This document shows positions 23,510 to 35,832 of a stretch of DNA of 64,000 nt, piece after piece. The translations under genes were made by a program, and so were the position numbers. How positions within the stretch are numbered: the first letter of the stretch is position 1; each line of letters begins with the position of its first letter. This stretch comes from Eledone cirrhosa (lineage: Eukaryota). The stretch covers positions 95,232,001 to 95,296,000 of the forward strand of contig OZ024744.1 in assembly GCA_964016885.1 (NCBI GenBank), read 5' to 3'. A model generated the notes under the pieces. That model ran no database searches and was not told where the DNA came from. It worked only from the letters and a program-made list of their open reading frames with translations.

Positions 23510-24175
23510 ACACAGTTCCTATCTACCCAATTCCATTCTCAAGACATGGGTCAACCCAAGTCTACGGTAAATGACACTCGCCCAAGATACCACACTGTGA
23601 TCAGGCCCAGGACTTGAAGTGAACTTCTTAACCATTTGTACAATGATAAATAATTGTTTCTACTTTTGGCACGAGGTCAGCAATTATCCCAGTACATTAC
23701 TGGTACTTTATTTTATCAACCCTGTAAGGATAATAATGAACTCACATGTAATATTGAAAATTTCTTTATAATACTTTCAAGAATAAATAATAGTTCTCCT
23801 TCCTTTCAACTCAATTTCACCCACAAAGCATAGTTTTGCCTGGCTCTATGGTTAATGACACTTGCCTAAGATGTCACACAGTGATATTGAACCTGAGGAC
23901 CTAATGATGGCAAAGTGAACCTCTAAACATGTTACATTTACATGTAAAACTATCAGCCATTAATAGTATAAGGAGAGAGAAAAGTAACTCAAGATACTTG
24001 CCCAAGACACAGCATAGTGGGATCACAGCCATTAATGGTATAAGTAGAGAAAAGGTAACTCAAGATACTTGCCTAAGACACCACAGAGTGGGATCATAGC
24101 TGGAACCTAATGAGTGTGAAACTGTTTTTTTAACCATTCAGCAATGCTATGTTCACATGTTATGCTATCAGCCAT
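23510..24175 (-). repeat. Degenerate tandem SINE-head fragments
   Basis: Repeated gacacttgcc(c/t)aaga...cac...gtggga; another unit at 25282-25430. Confidence 0.5.
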
Positions 24176-24414
24176 TAACCCTTTCATGACCACATTTATA
24201 ATGAAATACAGTCTATTTTAATTAATTAATGAAGCATTTCGAGGGATTTACTAAAATTATTAATTATTTCAGCACTAAGATAGTAAGTTAATGTAAAGTT
24301 CTTATATAAAATTATGTTGGAAGATTTAAATTTAAATTGGAAACCTTTAAAATGGGTGGTTTTATTTCATACAACCAGAGCTGGTTTTGGTCAGGTTGGT
24401 AACTAAGGGGTTAA
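24175..24414. mobile_element. piggyBac-type MITE (second family)
   Basis: TTAA-CCCTTT ... AAGGGG-TTAA; inserted at the gccaTTAA site of the local tandem repeat. Confidence 0.65.
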
Positions 24415-25281
24415 ATAGGAAACCTCTAAAATGGGTGGTTTTATTTCATACAACCAGAGCCGGTTTTGACCAGGCTGGTAACTAAAGGGTTAAATAGGAA
24501 ACCTTTAAAATGAGTGGTTTTATTTCATAGAACTAGAGCTGGTTTTGGTCAGGTTGGTAACTAAGGGGTTAAAACTGTGTATTCCTTTAAAATGAGTGGT
24601 TTTATTTCATAGAACTAGAGCTGGTTTTGGTCAGGTTGGTAACTAAGGGGTTAAATAGGAAACCTTTAAAATGGGTGGTTTTATTTCATAGAACTAGAGC
24701 TAGTTTTGGTCAGGTTGGTAACTAAGGGGTTAAATAGGAAACCTTTAAAATGAGTGGTTTTATTTCATAGAACTAGAGCTAGTTTTGGTCAGGTTGGTAA
24801 CTAAGGGGTTAAAACTGTGTATTCCTTTAAAATGAGTGGTTTTATTTCATAGAACTAGAGCTGGTTTTGGTCAGGTTGGTAACTAAGGGGTTAAATAGGA
24901 AACCTTTAAAATGAGTAGTTTTATTTCATAGAACTAGAGCTAGTTTTGGTCAGGTTGGTAACTAAGGGGTTAAAACTGTGTATTCCTTTAAAATGAGTGG
25001 TTTTATTTCATAGAACTAGAGCTGGTTTTGGTCAGGTTGGTAACTAAGGGGTTAAAACTGTGTATTCCTTTAAAATGAGTGGTTTTATTTCATAGAACTA
25101 GAGCTGGTTTTGGTCAGGTTGGTAACTAAGGGGTTAAATAGGAAACCTTTAAAATGAGTGGTTTTATTTCATAGAACTAGAGCTGGTTTTGGTCAGGTTG
25201 GTAACTAAGGGGTTAAATAGGAAACCTTTAAAATGAGTGGTTTTATTTCATAGAACTAGAGCTAGTTTTGGTCAGGTTGGT
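24335..25281. repeat. 79/82-bp minisatellite, about 12 copies, made of the MITE terminus
   Basis: gggttaa recurs with its TTAA at 24411, 24490, 24569, 24651, 24730, 24809, 24891, 24970, 25052, 25134 and 25213. Confidence 0.92.
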
Positions 25282-25663
25282 ATAAGGAAAGGAAAAGTAA
25301 CTCATGGTTACTTTTGGTAACCGTATGGTAAATGATAACTTTCCTAATATACCACAAAGTGGGATAATACCCAGAACCTAATGATAATGAAGCTGGGTTT
25401 TTTTTAACCATTTGGCCATACTGTGTTCACAACTGGTAGATTAAACTCTACTGAAACCATAAACAAAGAATAGTTGGTGTGTTAATCCCTGTCCTATTAA
25501 ATGTTTCAACCTCTACTGTATTTATCATTATTGAATAAACTAATCGACATCACCAATTTAACAGCTACTGCAGTTTTCAGTATATCAAATATGTGTGTGT
25601 GTGTGTGTGCATGTATGTGTATGTGTATGTATGTATTTGTCAATAAATTGTGTTCTCTATGAT

Positions 25664-25666
<3 letters not shown>

Positions 25667-25739
<73 letters not shown>

Positions 25740-26210
25740 CCTCTCTCTTCCAACTGCATAACACACTGTAAGTAAATAGCAGTAAATAGCAGTAAATAGC
25801 ATTCTCTTTCTTCTGCCTCTTATTGTTACCCTTTTCCTTTCCTATAAATACCCTTTTTCTCTCATCATTTCTCCCTCTCCTCATCTCTCCCTCTCCTCAT
25901 CTATCCCTCTCTTCATCTCTTCCTCTCCTCATCTCTCTCCCATCTCCCTCTGCTCATCTCTCCCTCTCTCTTCCCTCTCTCCCTCCCTTCACTTCTCTCC
26001 ATCTCTCTCCCTCCGCTCCACACTCTCGCCATCTCCCCCCCCCCTCATCTCTCTCTTTCTCTTCCCTCTCTTGCCCCTCTCTCTGCTCATCTCTCCCTCT
26101 TTCTTCTTTCTCCCCCATCTCTCTCCCCGTCTTTCTCCCCATCTCTCTCCCCCGTCTTTCTCCCATCTCACTCCCCCCCCCCATCTCTCTCCTCCCCCCT
26201 CCTCTCTATC
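25667..26210. repeat. (CT)n microsatellite and CT-rich low-complexity tract
   Basis: Direct reading of the sequence. Confidence 0.9.
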
Positions 26211-26404
26211 TGCTCATCATCTACTCAGTTAATATCTATCTACTGATTATTCCATGGATTCTTTGCAATTTCTGTTAATATAAATTGACTCACCAAACTT
26301 GATAATCTTTGTTTCCTGACAAGATTACGCAGACATTTGTTGTATTATCATTATGTTTACATCAATAATGGATTCTGCCAATCCTCCATCATCGACAATG
26401 ATGA

Positions 26405-26560
26405 TTTCTACTATAGGCACAAGGCCAGCAATTTTGGGGGAGGGGGGGGGGGGACGTCGATTAGATCGACTCCAGTACGTTACTGGTACTTTATTTTATC
26501 GACCCCCGTAAGGATTAAAGGCAAAGCTATTGGTGGGATTTGAACTCAACCATGCTCAAC
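26405..26560 (-). mobile_element. SINE family A, internally deleted
   Basis: tttctactataggcacaaggccagcaatt...gggatttgaactca. Confidence 0.75.
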
Positions 26561-26610
<50 letters not shown>

Positions 26611-26858
26611 TTTCTTTATTAACCACAAGGGTTTACATAAAGTAGACATTAAGGACAGTGCAGGACAATACAGGACGGTACAAATGGGCATTTCTGCGTG
26701 TAAAAAACAAAAACAGAGGATGTAACAAAAAAATAACAATGAAAAATTCCCCAATAGGGGGAGACTTCCGAGGGACATTTGTGGAGAAAGCCCAGTAAAA
26801 GGCCACAGTGACCCTGACCACCAAGGCAAGTGCCCTCTCTCAGTTTTCCACCTTTAAT

Positions 26859-29800
26859 TTACAGATATATACTCAGAGTAGGCCCATTCACTCGGGCCAT
26901 TCTTGCTTCTCTCACCCATCTTTCAACAAAATGCTGGGAAGAGAGCACTTCCCTTTCTACCCTGATTTTCCTTTTCAAATGAAATTTGAAAAAGTCAATC
27001 AGGGCATCACCGAAGAGGTAAGTGCTCGTCTTCAGCCCTTTCAAATGTGTCCACGATACTATCTCTTTCGCTATGGCCACCAGACAGACAAAAACTGCTG
27101 GCCCTTCCCGGCTAAAGGAGGAGGGCGGGGCAATCCTCACGATGGACTCAGATGATAGCCGGATCCGTCCTAAACGCGACAGCAGGTGTTCGACATAAAC
27201 CCACAAGTCAGCAATTTTCGGACACTGGACGAGTGCGTGCAGGACGGTTTCGTTGCCCTGCGCACATCTCGGACATGCCCGGCTGACGGCACCTCCATGC
27301 CTGTAGAGTTTATCCCGTAGTGGCAAGGCTCCTCGGTAGCACTGCCAGGCCAGAGATTTCTGGAAGTTGTCCATAGGCCCTGGCCCGAAAGTTCTTCCGA
27401 AGAGATTGGTTAGTTGATTTTCGTCGACGCCTAGAGTTTCCCCAAGTACGTCGTCGCTCTTCCCCTCCACTAATCCTCTATAGAACGCCAAGGTGTAGTT
27501 TCCACCGATCACATTGCCCGATTGGTCGAGGGCTGTGAGCGCCTGAAGACATTCCAGTCTTCAGGCGCTCCCTCTCGGTCTTCGCTTGACCCAGGACTTC
27601 AGCTCCGTCAAGGAAACGAGCTGGGGAAAGACGTGTCTAGCAAACGGCGACCACACCTGATCACCGTCGAGGAAGAGGTGGAGATGTCGTAGCCTGAGCG
27701 CGTGCCTGCGCATCATCAGCCACAGCATGCCCAGCCCTCCACGTAGCGGGTGTTGACAACAGATGGACCGCCCGACCATCGGAGCGCGTCCCTTCCACAA
27801 AAAGCGAAAGAGCAAATGCTCCAGTGCAGTCAGGCGAGGTTTAGGACAAGGTACGATGGTCAGGCGGTAGCAGATGACAGACGCGATGTACGCGTTAGCC
27901 ACCTCCGCTCGACCTTTCAGGGATAGCTTCCTCTCCGCCCATTTCTGGGTGAGAAAAGCCACCCTGCTCGTCACCTCGTCCCAGTTTTTGTCCGTCTGGA
28001 CGTCCGGACCGAACCAGACCCCTAGCAATTTAACCGGTCCGTCCGTCCAGCGTCCGACGACGCTGTTGGACGGCATGGACCTGCCTCTCCAGGTGCCGAG
28101 CTGCAGGCCCACTGACTTTTCCTGGTTGATCATTGCTCCTGTCACCGCTTCGTATTCTCTTAGTGTAGTGCCGATCGCCTCGATGTGTTTGGCGTTCGAC
28201 ACCACTACGGTGACATCGTCCGCATATGCTGACACGGATCTTCCGCATCCTAGTTCGCGCGGGACGACCCTCAACGTCTCCAGTTTGTGCAGTAATGGCT
28301 CGAGAGTCAATACGTACAAGAGGGACGAGAGGGGACATCCTTGGCGGACCAAGCGCATGATGTTGAACGGTTCTGACAGGTGACCGTTCACTCTCACCAC
28401 AGAGCAGATGTCGCTGTGCATGGCAGCGATCCAGCCTCTGAAGACGGGCCCAAAGCCAGCCGCCCTCAGAACTGCCGCTAGGTAACGATGGTCGACCCTA
28501 TCGAAAGCTTTCGACGGATCTAAATTGATCAAGGACCCACCCGTGCCAGGTTCCCTAGCTACCCTCTCTACGATGTATCGCATGAGGTGGAGGTTGTCGT
28601 GGATGGATCTGTCGGGAATGGCGCATGTCTGCGCCTCTCCCACCAGACCGCCAACGACAAGTGCCAACCTCTTTGCTAGCACCTTGGCCAAAATCTTGAA
28701 CTCTGTGTTTAGCAGAGTTTTGGGCCGGAAATTATCTATGTTATCCCCCTTGTTCGGATCCTTTCTCAGCAGTGCCACCGCTCCTCGGCTCACAGAACTG
28801 GGAATTCTCCCGTTCTGTTGCCAGTTGCAGTAGACGTCCGCCAAGAGGCCTTCGAACAAGTCTGGCATCTGTACGTAAAGTTCATAGGGCAGACCATCCA
28901 AACCAGGCGATTTACCCCTTGTGCAGCCAGTCATTGCCTCCCTTACTTCAGCGGCTGTTATCGGCTTTTCGCAACACTTCGCCTCAGTGGCCGAGAGCCG
29001 CGGCAGTCCGTCGAGGTAGACACTAAAGTCCATCCCTCGACCCGGCCCACCGCTGCCCCCGAACAGCTGAGCGAAGTGTCGCTGAAAAGCTTCACACATT
29101 TGCCCGGGATCGAGTAGCATGCGCCCGTCGTGGTCCACCAAAGACCGGATCGTGGCTTTGTTGCCACGACGCGCCTCCGCCACTCGGGCCCATTGAACGG
29201 CTTTCGTCCCCTCGTGTCTGAGAGCACGCACCCTTGCTCTGACAACGCAGCCTTCGTGCTTTGCATTGAAGAATTGGTCAAGGGCCAATTTCGCCGCAAG
29301 CACGTCGGTCGCAATGCCTTTGCTAAGCGCCTCGTCTAATTTTCTAACTAGTTCTCCCTCTGCTCTATTTTTCTCTATTGCTAAAGCCTTAGTAAACCTA
29401 ATCGATTCTATTCTAATCGCTCTTTTCAGAGCAAACCACCACTTGTTTTTGACGATGGCACCGCCAACGCCCGCTTAACTAGTTCGCTGATCCGGTCTCT
29501 GTAGGCCTTGCGCGCTGGTAAGGACGCGTTTAGCTTCCAGTAGCCGGGTCCTCGTCTATGAAGCCTATCTAAGTCAAGCACACAGATCACGAATTTGTGG
29601 TCCGTGTAGCTGACTATCTTGAATTGTGGACAGCCTATGCTAGACCTATCTATTTCCCTACAATCGGTACCTGTCAGACAGTTCAAAACGCCTGAGCAGG
29701 TTGGTGAGGCTCTTGCACCCTCCACCCCTATCCGCTAATCCCACACAGTCCCAGCGTGCATCTAAGATCCCGTTCCAGTCGCCCACTAACACTAAAGAGC

Positions 29801-30210
29801 GGGACGTTCCAAGAAAGGTCTCCAGACGCCGGAAGAAATCAGGCCGCCCTGTTCCTGTCGGGGCATAGACGGCCACTAGCCTGAAAGCTTGCCCGTCTCC
29901 GCTGGTCACGTCCAGCACCACCAACTTACCCTCTGGGTCCAGGAAGATGGCCCGTATGGCGAGATCCAAACCTCTCCGAAAAAGCACAGCAACTCCTCCC
30001 CCCGATCCAGGACGGCTGGGAGATGCGTACACATCGTAGCCGCCGAAGATCGGTGCGAAGGCCCGTGCTTCGGAGATTCTGCTCTCGCTGATGGCCACTA
30101 CATCTATGTTTAGTGACCTGAGGTCGTTGAGCAGGTGACCCTGCTTCCATGACGACCCCAAGCCACGCGCATTTATGCTGCCTATTCTGAGTGAGGTGAT
30201 GTTTAAAATA
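26859..30210 (-). pseudogene. Tx1-type ORF2 (APE endonuclease and reverse transcriptase), disrupted
   Basis: IGSINARGL, VYAP, GDWN, TDH, GYWKLN, KSPGLDGLP, KAFDRVDH, RQGCPLS, YADD, CPRC...ETVLHALVQC. Stops at 29658 and 27561 plus frameshifts. Confidence 0.9.
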
Positions 30211-30235
30211 GAGTGGAAAAGATGGGAAAGACCAC

Positions 30236-32324
30236 TTACCGTACTTTTCGTAGAGGAGGGATGGTTTTTCCATCCCTTTTCACTTGATCGTCTGGTGAAG
30301 GGACCGTTGAATCGTCCCTTCGGCTGGTCATCGGCTCTGCTATGAGTATGTCCGAATATACTCTTCGGTTGATAGTTCCTCCTAGGTCTCTGAAATCACC
30401 AACTGCGTTGGGGAATTTCGTTTTAATGTTTGTGTATTGTTTCTGTGCTATTTTTAGCAGTCTTATGTTAGTTGGCGTTTTGATTGGTGCTGGTATTATG
30501 TAGTCGTGTTGTGAAATGTCTGTGTGTTCAATTATGTAAGTCATTAGTTTCTTGTTCTGTGTATTTATTGCCGTGCATTTGTTTTTCTGGGGGTGGGGTG
30601 TGGTTCTGCTATTTTCTTGTCGTTGTTGCTGGGTGTGTGTGTTTTTTTGTTGTGTTTGCGATGTTGGTGCTTGTGGTGGTGGTGTTGAAGGTGTTGTTGG
30701 CGGTGGGGTTGTCGCCGGTGGTGTGGGTGGTGATGGTGTTGGTGGTGTTGCTGCTGTGGGTCTCTTTGCAGTAGACTTTACCCTTTTCTCATTTCTTTCC
30801 TCCCTTTTCAAAGGCGACGATGCGCTGCTTCTGCGTTTGTGCCTTCTTACGACCTTTTGCCATCCCTCTCCCACCTCACACTCCATGTCTGATTCTGTGA
30901 GGTCGGGGAGGGGTACCAGCTCCACTCTTTCACTTGTTGTTGTTGGTGATGTTTGCACTGGAGCCTCTGTTGCAGCTGCATTTGGTATTGCTGTTGTTGT
31001 TGTTAATACTTCCACTGCTGCTGCTGTTTTTGATTTCTGTGGCGTGGGTATGGGTCCCACGGACCTATCGTTCCTGGTTGCCGCTTGTCCTGTTGCTGGT
31101 AGCCGTGGAGCCAGTTTCGTAAGGAGGGGGGTTTTCTCCTTTCTCAGGGTCTTCTCGTTGCAGAAGGCCCTGAGGTGAGTCTTCGATCCACAGCGAAAGC
31201 ATTTTGGGCGTTTGCCCTCAACACTTATGGGCAGTTGAGTGCCGTTATCGAAGTCTATCACATCCGGGATAGCTTCGATGCACTCCTTGGTTTGGATTAA
31301 CATCTCAATGGAGGTGCCGACCCAATCTTCTCTTACTTTTTTCTGTACTTGCAGTACAGTTGTTTTGTCCTCGATTCCAACGAGAACAGACGCGGCCAGC
31401 CAAGAAGGGGCCATCCCGGGGGGGACGTGGGTCAGTTTGACCCTCACAATTTTTTTCCCGCAGTAGGAGGGCACCAACACCATTTCCTCGCTCCTTAGGG
31501 TCACTACGGATTGAGCCTTTGCCTCCTGGGGTGTGGCAAAAAGTACGTCTACGGTGGCATATTTCTTGCCTCGGGTGATATGCGTTTTCCGCTCCCACAC
31601 AGACCCTAAGGCTTTTTGTATTTGAGCCTCTGTGGCTCTTTCAACCCTACGGGATTTTGCACTTACTGTACGGTACGTGACCGTACAGTGCTGTTGGGTT
31701 TCGAAAAATTTTTCCGCTGCCTTGCTGATTGCTCGGTGTCCAGTTTTTGTCACCATCTTCTTCGCTTCCTCTAATTCCTCATTTGTTATGAGGATGGTTT
31801 CCAGGTTCTTCGCGATACCTGCAAACGAGATTGGTTTTTCTTTGCTGCTGTTGTTGTTGTTGTCGTCGTCAGAGCTGCTGTTACTTTTGTTGTTGCTGCA
31901 GGTACTACGACTACTGCCGCCGCCGCTGTTGCTGTGGTTGTTGTTGTTGTTGCTGCTGCTAATGCTGTTGTTGTTTATGCTGCTGCTGATGCTGTTGCGG
32001 CTGCTACTGTTGTTTTCATTGTCACTGTTGCTGTTGTTATTACGGCTGCTACTGCTATTATTCCTGACGTCAGACGAATGAACTGAGTTTTCGTATTTCC
32101 CCGCACACCTGTTTCGTCGCTGTCGTCGTCGTCGTGGAGAAACCTTGCACGCTTTGCACGAGATTTTTCTTTTCTGTCGTCGCTTGCGAAAGAGAAGGGA
32201 GGGAGAGAGACACATTTAAAGAAGGGAGGGAGAGAGACAATCTTCTCTCTGCTGTAGTGACGATTGAGGAAGGAGAAGACGGAATGAGTGGGAGTGACCT
32301 ATGAAAATTCTTTTTCGTAGCCAT
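30236..32324 (-). CDS. Tx1-type ORF1 (gag-like nucleic-acid-binding protein); probable start MATKK at 32324 with one frameshift
   Basis: 659 aa ORF with SFAGIAK, CFRCGSKTHLRAFC (CX2CX4HX4C), GWQKV and N/S- and P/T-rich linkers. The upstream ORF 32070-32360 overlaps in another frame. Confidence 0.8.
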
Positions 32325-32563
32325 GTTGTTTTTTTTTTGTTTAAAATAAATATTGGGCACAAAACCCCAATAAGCAGTTATTTAACCCCGAAGGGCCAAA
32401 TAACAGGCAGAAAGACCCCTATCACGAGGAGGAGGGTGTTTTTGTCTACAAGTTGGTTAAAGTTTTAAACAATTTACAATTGTTATAGCGTTCAAAATTT
32501 ACAATACCTTACAGAGCCGAGCCTCCATCAACCATAGCATTCAATAATAATAATAATAATAAT

Positions 32564-32993
32564 AAAAAGAGGGTATGCCTGCTAATTGATATGTCCGTTC
32601 CAATAGACAAGAATGTATCTATAAAAAACATTTGAAAAATTGAGCAAGTATAAGGACCTGGAGATAGAAATTGGAAAAATGTGGAAATTGAGAACTAAAA
32701 CAATACCAGTGGTTGTAGGCGCTCTGGGAATGATACCTAAGGGGTCTAATGATTACATATCGCAAATCCCAGGAAACCCGCGTATAGGAGAAATACAAAA
32801 GACAGTACTAATGGGAACTGCCCATATACTAAGGAAGATGCTGTCAATATAAGTACATCACAATTCTAAACACTAAAGATGCATGTGTGTATGTATGTTC
32901 TTTCTTGAACATGGCGGACCTTGTTGTCTCTTGAGGTCACTGGTTGTGACTTGGTGATAACTCGTATGAACATAAAGCAAGATAAATGCAACT

Positions 32994-33022
<29 letters not shown>
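32564..33022 (+). mobile_element. Dong/R4-type 3' fragment between (AAT)n tracts
   Basis: CLLIDMSVP...KYKDLEIEIGKMW...IPVVVGALG...GTAHILRK; (taa)n tail. Confidence 0.85.
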
Positions 33023-33025
<3 letters not shown>

Positions 33026-33385
33026 TTCATTTACTGGCCACAAGGGCCGACATATAGGGGACAATACAAAAGACTGGGACAGTGGGGTTTTACAGAAAAA
33101 TCAAGTAAACAATATGAATAACAATAACAAAGTAACAAGAAAAATACAAGAAAAATTCCCCAATAGGGGGGGGGGGGGGGCATGACCACCCAGGGTTCGC
33201 TCAGGTACCCCACCAATCCTGAACAACCCGACTCTTCGAGAGCACCCTGGAAGGGCACCCCTCTCCTCCTCAAATTTACCCACCTACAGCCGCATGACCA
33301 GAGTAGGCCCACTCACACGGGCCATTCTCGTCACATTCACCCACCTTTCAGCAAATGACTCAGGTACCCCACCAATCCTGAACAC
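33023..33385 (-). mobile_element. 3' fragment of a related Tx1 subfamily
   Basis: Homologous to 26610-26935 (cagagtaggccca.tcac.cgggccattct). Ends ccttgtggccagtaaatgaaattatt. A 26-nt internal segment is re-copied at its 5' junction. Confidence 0.8.
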
Positions 33386-34042
33386 GGTTTCTACTATTGG
33401 CACAAGGCCAACAATTTGAAGGAGAGGGGTAAAAGTCGATTAAATCGACCCCCAGTACATTACTGGTGCTTTATTTTATTGACCCCGTAAGGGGGACAGG
33501 CAAGTCCTAACCTTGGCAGGATTTGAACTCAGAACATAAAGGGCTGTAACTATATACTGCGAAGTATGTTGTCCGATGCTCTACCGATTCAGCCAATCTA
33601 CCATGCTCAACAATAATAAAAATAATGGTTTCTACTATAGGCACAAGGCCAGCAATTTTAGGAGGAGGGAAAAGTCAATTAAACCAACCCCAGTGCATCA
33701 CTGGTACGTTATTTTATCAACCTTTTAATGATGACAGGCAAAGCTAACCTCAGTGAGATTTTAACTCAGAACGTAAAGGGATGTAACTATATGTCACAAA
33801 GCATGTTATCCAACGCTCTGCCAATTCTGCCAATCCACAACCCTTTACATCAATAACTGTTTCTACTTTAGGCACAAGGCCAGCAATTACCCAGTGCATT
33901 ACTGGTACTTTATTTTATCGACCCCGTAAGGATGAAAGGCAAAGTCAACCTCGGCGGGATTTTAACTCAGATCGTAAAGGGACATAACTACGCTGGAAAG
34001 CATTGCGTCCGACCCTCTACCGATACTGCCAATCCACCGCCC
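33386..34042 (-). mobile_element. Three head-to-tail SINE family A copies
   Basis: Units at about 33386-33610, 33627-33843 and 33857-34042, separated by caataa(t). Confidence 0.85.
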
Positions 34043-34323
34043 TTTACATCAATAATACAATATTTTATGACTAGCTGTTGGAAGTCTCTCAGTTTCTCTT
34101 GCACTTTTTGCATAGGTGTGGTGAGGCAGTGACATTGGGGTAGTTTGCTCACTGGTGTCAGGCAACACTGATAATCTATATCTGCTTTACATGGATATTC
34201 TCTCCCATAACATCTGGCCTTCTAGCAGTGGTAGATTTACAGGGGTTCAAATCAATATAAGAAGTGTTTGATACCAAATTGCCAGAAACCACCAATGGTC
34301 CTACTATAAAAAAGAACTTTGTT

Positions 34324-34629
34324 TTAACCCTTTAGTGTTCAGACCGGCCAAAACTGGCCAGAATTCTCTACCCCTTTCTGTTGAAACTGGCTGTAACTGG
34401 TTGCTCAAACTGATGTTAAGGTTGTTCTCAAAATTAATACTTTCAAAATCTCATAGATTCGATATTATGTGAGATATTATGTGAGGTAAAGCATTTACCA
34501 TTAAAATATAATAGTATATATAAAATAATTGTTTCTACTTTTTGGCACATTACTGGTACTTTATTTTATCGACCCCGTAAGGATGAAAGGCAAAGTTAAC
34601 CTAGAATAATGTGAATGCTAAAGGGTTAA
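34324..34629. mobile_element. piggyBac-type MITE with a nested SINE A fragment (about 34530-34602)
   Basis: TTAA-CCCTTTAG ... CTAAAGGG-TTAA; reverse complement of 10735-10950. Confidence 0.8.
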
Positions 34630-34737
34630 AGTGTACATATTTATCTAAAAATCTCTCGTCATAATTTTATGTAAGAATCTTTGTTAAGTTATGTTCCAAA
34701 CAATAACTTAATCACAACAAAGTTAGTTATGTATACC

Positions 34738-34845
34738 ATGCTGTGATATGTTCTCCACCTCCAACTTAGTCACTTTAGCCACAAATCCTGGGACCACAAC
34801 CTGCAGTGCAGAGGACAGGAAGACAAGCAAATACCGTGGCTTAAA
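34738..34845 (+). mobile_element. Small CRE-type RLE fragment
   Basis: CCDMFSTSNL...NPG...AEDRKTSKYRGL aligns by eye to the 41100-41770 fragment (NTFSSGNL...NPGS...AEEGKLSKYRLL). Confidence 0.55.
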
Positions 34846-34889
34846 TATGATATACTATATTCTCCCAAAACACTCAAGATGTCATCGTT

Positions 34890-35832
34890 TAAATGTCGGT
34901 GTCATGACAAAAGTGCCCAGTCCACACTGTAAAGTGATCGTGTAGTCCAGTGCTTCTCAAACTATCTGATGTGGCGGACCGGTATTTTTTTTGTTCAATG
35001 TGCCACGTACCGCTAATATTTTGTAGTAATATTAATTTATACCGGAAACGATATATATAATGAATATAATAATAGTTGACCATTTTTTTATCTTCTATTT
35101 ATTTTGTAAACAAATAATACAATATCAAAACATATAAAAAAGTAATAAAAAAAATTCCTCAAATGATTCCTTTAGCATGGCATGGACACTGGCCGCGTAC
35201 CGGTAGCTGATGGCTCACATACCGGCACCGGTCCACGGACCACCACTTTGAGTAGCACTGGTGTAGGTGACACGATAAAAAGCATGCATCCCACACTATA
35301 AGGTGGTTGTGTTGGTGTCATGACAAAAAGTGCCCAGTCGACACTGTAAAGTGGTCGTGTAGGTGACACAACAAAAAGCACACAGTCCACACTGTAAAGT
35401 GGTCATGTGGGGGTCATGACAAAAAGTGCCCAGTCCACACTGTAAAGTAGTCGTGGAGGTGTCATGACAAAAAGTGCCCGGTCCACATTGTAAAGTGATC
35501 ATGTAGGTGACACAATAGAAAGCACCCAGTACTCACTGTAAAGTGGTCATGTAGGTGTCACGACAAAAAGCACCCAGTACTCACTGTAAAGTGGTCATGT
35601 AGGTGTCACGACAAAAAGCACCCAGTACTCACTGTAAAGTGGTCATGTAGGTGTCACGACAAAAAGCACCCAGTACTCACTGTAAATGTGGTTGGCGTTA
35701 GGAAGCGCATCCACTTGTAGAAACCAAGCCAAAATCAGTTCTGTATGAGCAAGACATAGTCACCTCACCTAGAATTTCTCACAACAGAACAACTCGTCTA
35801 GCCCATGCTAGCATGGAAAAATGGACTTTAAA
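34890..35832 (+). repeat. Expanded 48-bp minisatellite of the RTE 3' UTR/SINE B module, about 10 units, followed by the RTE-type tail
   Basis: Unit cactgtaaagtggtcatgtaggtgtcacgacaaaaagcacccagtact, then ggttggcgttaggaagcgcatcc and (gat)n. Confidence 0.85.
34948..35260. mobile_element. hAT (Charlie-like) MITE
   Basis: TIRs cagtgcttctcaaa / tttgagtagcactg; 8-bp flanks gtgtagtc and gtgtaggt. Confidence 0.8.

Larger units (their letters stand above)
26561..32542 (-). mobile_element. Tx1/L1-type LINE, near full length, with (ATT)n tail
   Basis: ORF1 with a CCHC knuckle, ORF2 with APE, RT and a C-terminal zinc motif, 3' UTR of about 250 bp. (AAT)n tracts on both sides. Confidence 0.92.

Noticed and set aside
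24335-25281. CRISPR-like repeat-spacer array
   Set aside because: Whole units are near-identical tandem copies of a MITE end.
25506-26278. Low-complexity ORFs (also 6286-6641, 21206-21509, 39298-39513, 42065-42940)
   Set aside because: They are translations of microsatellites.
34075-34260. Alpha-kinase-like motif FAHW...LLAVVDLQG on the plus strand
   Set aside because: The spacing is wrong, there is no following TDP motif and there are in-frame stops; likely chance.
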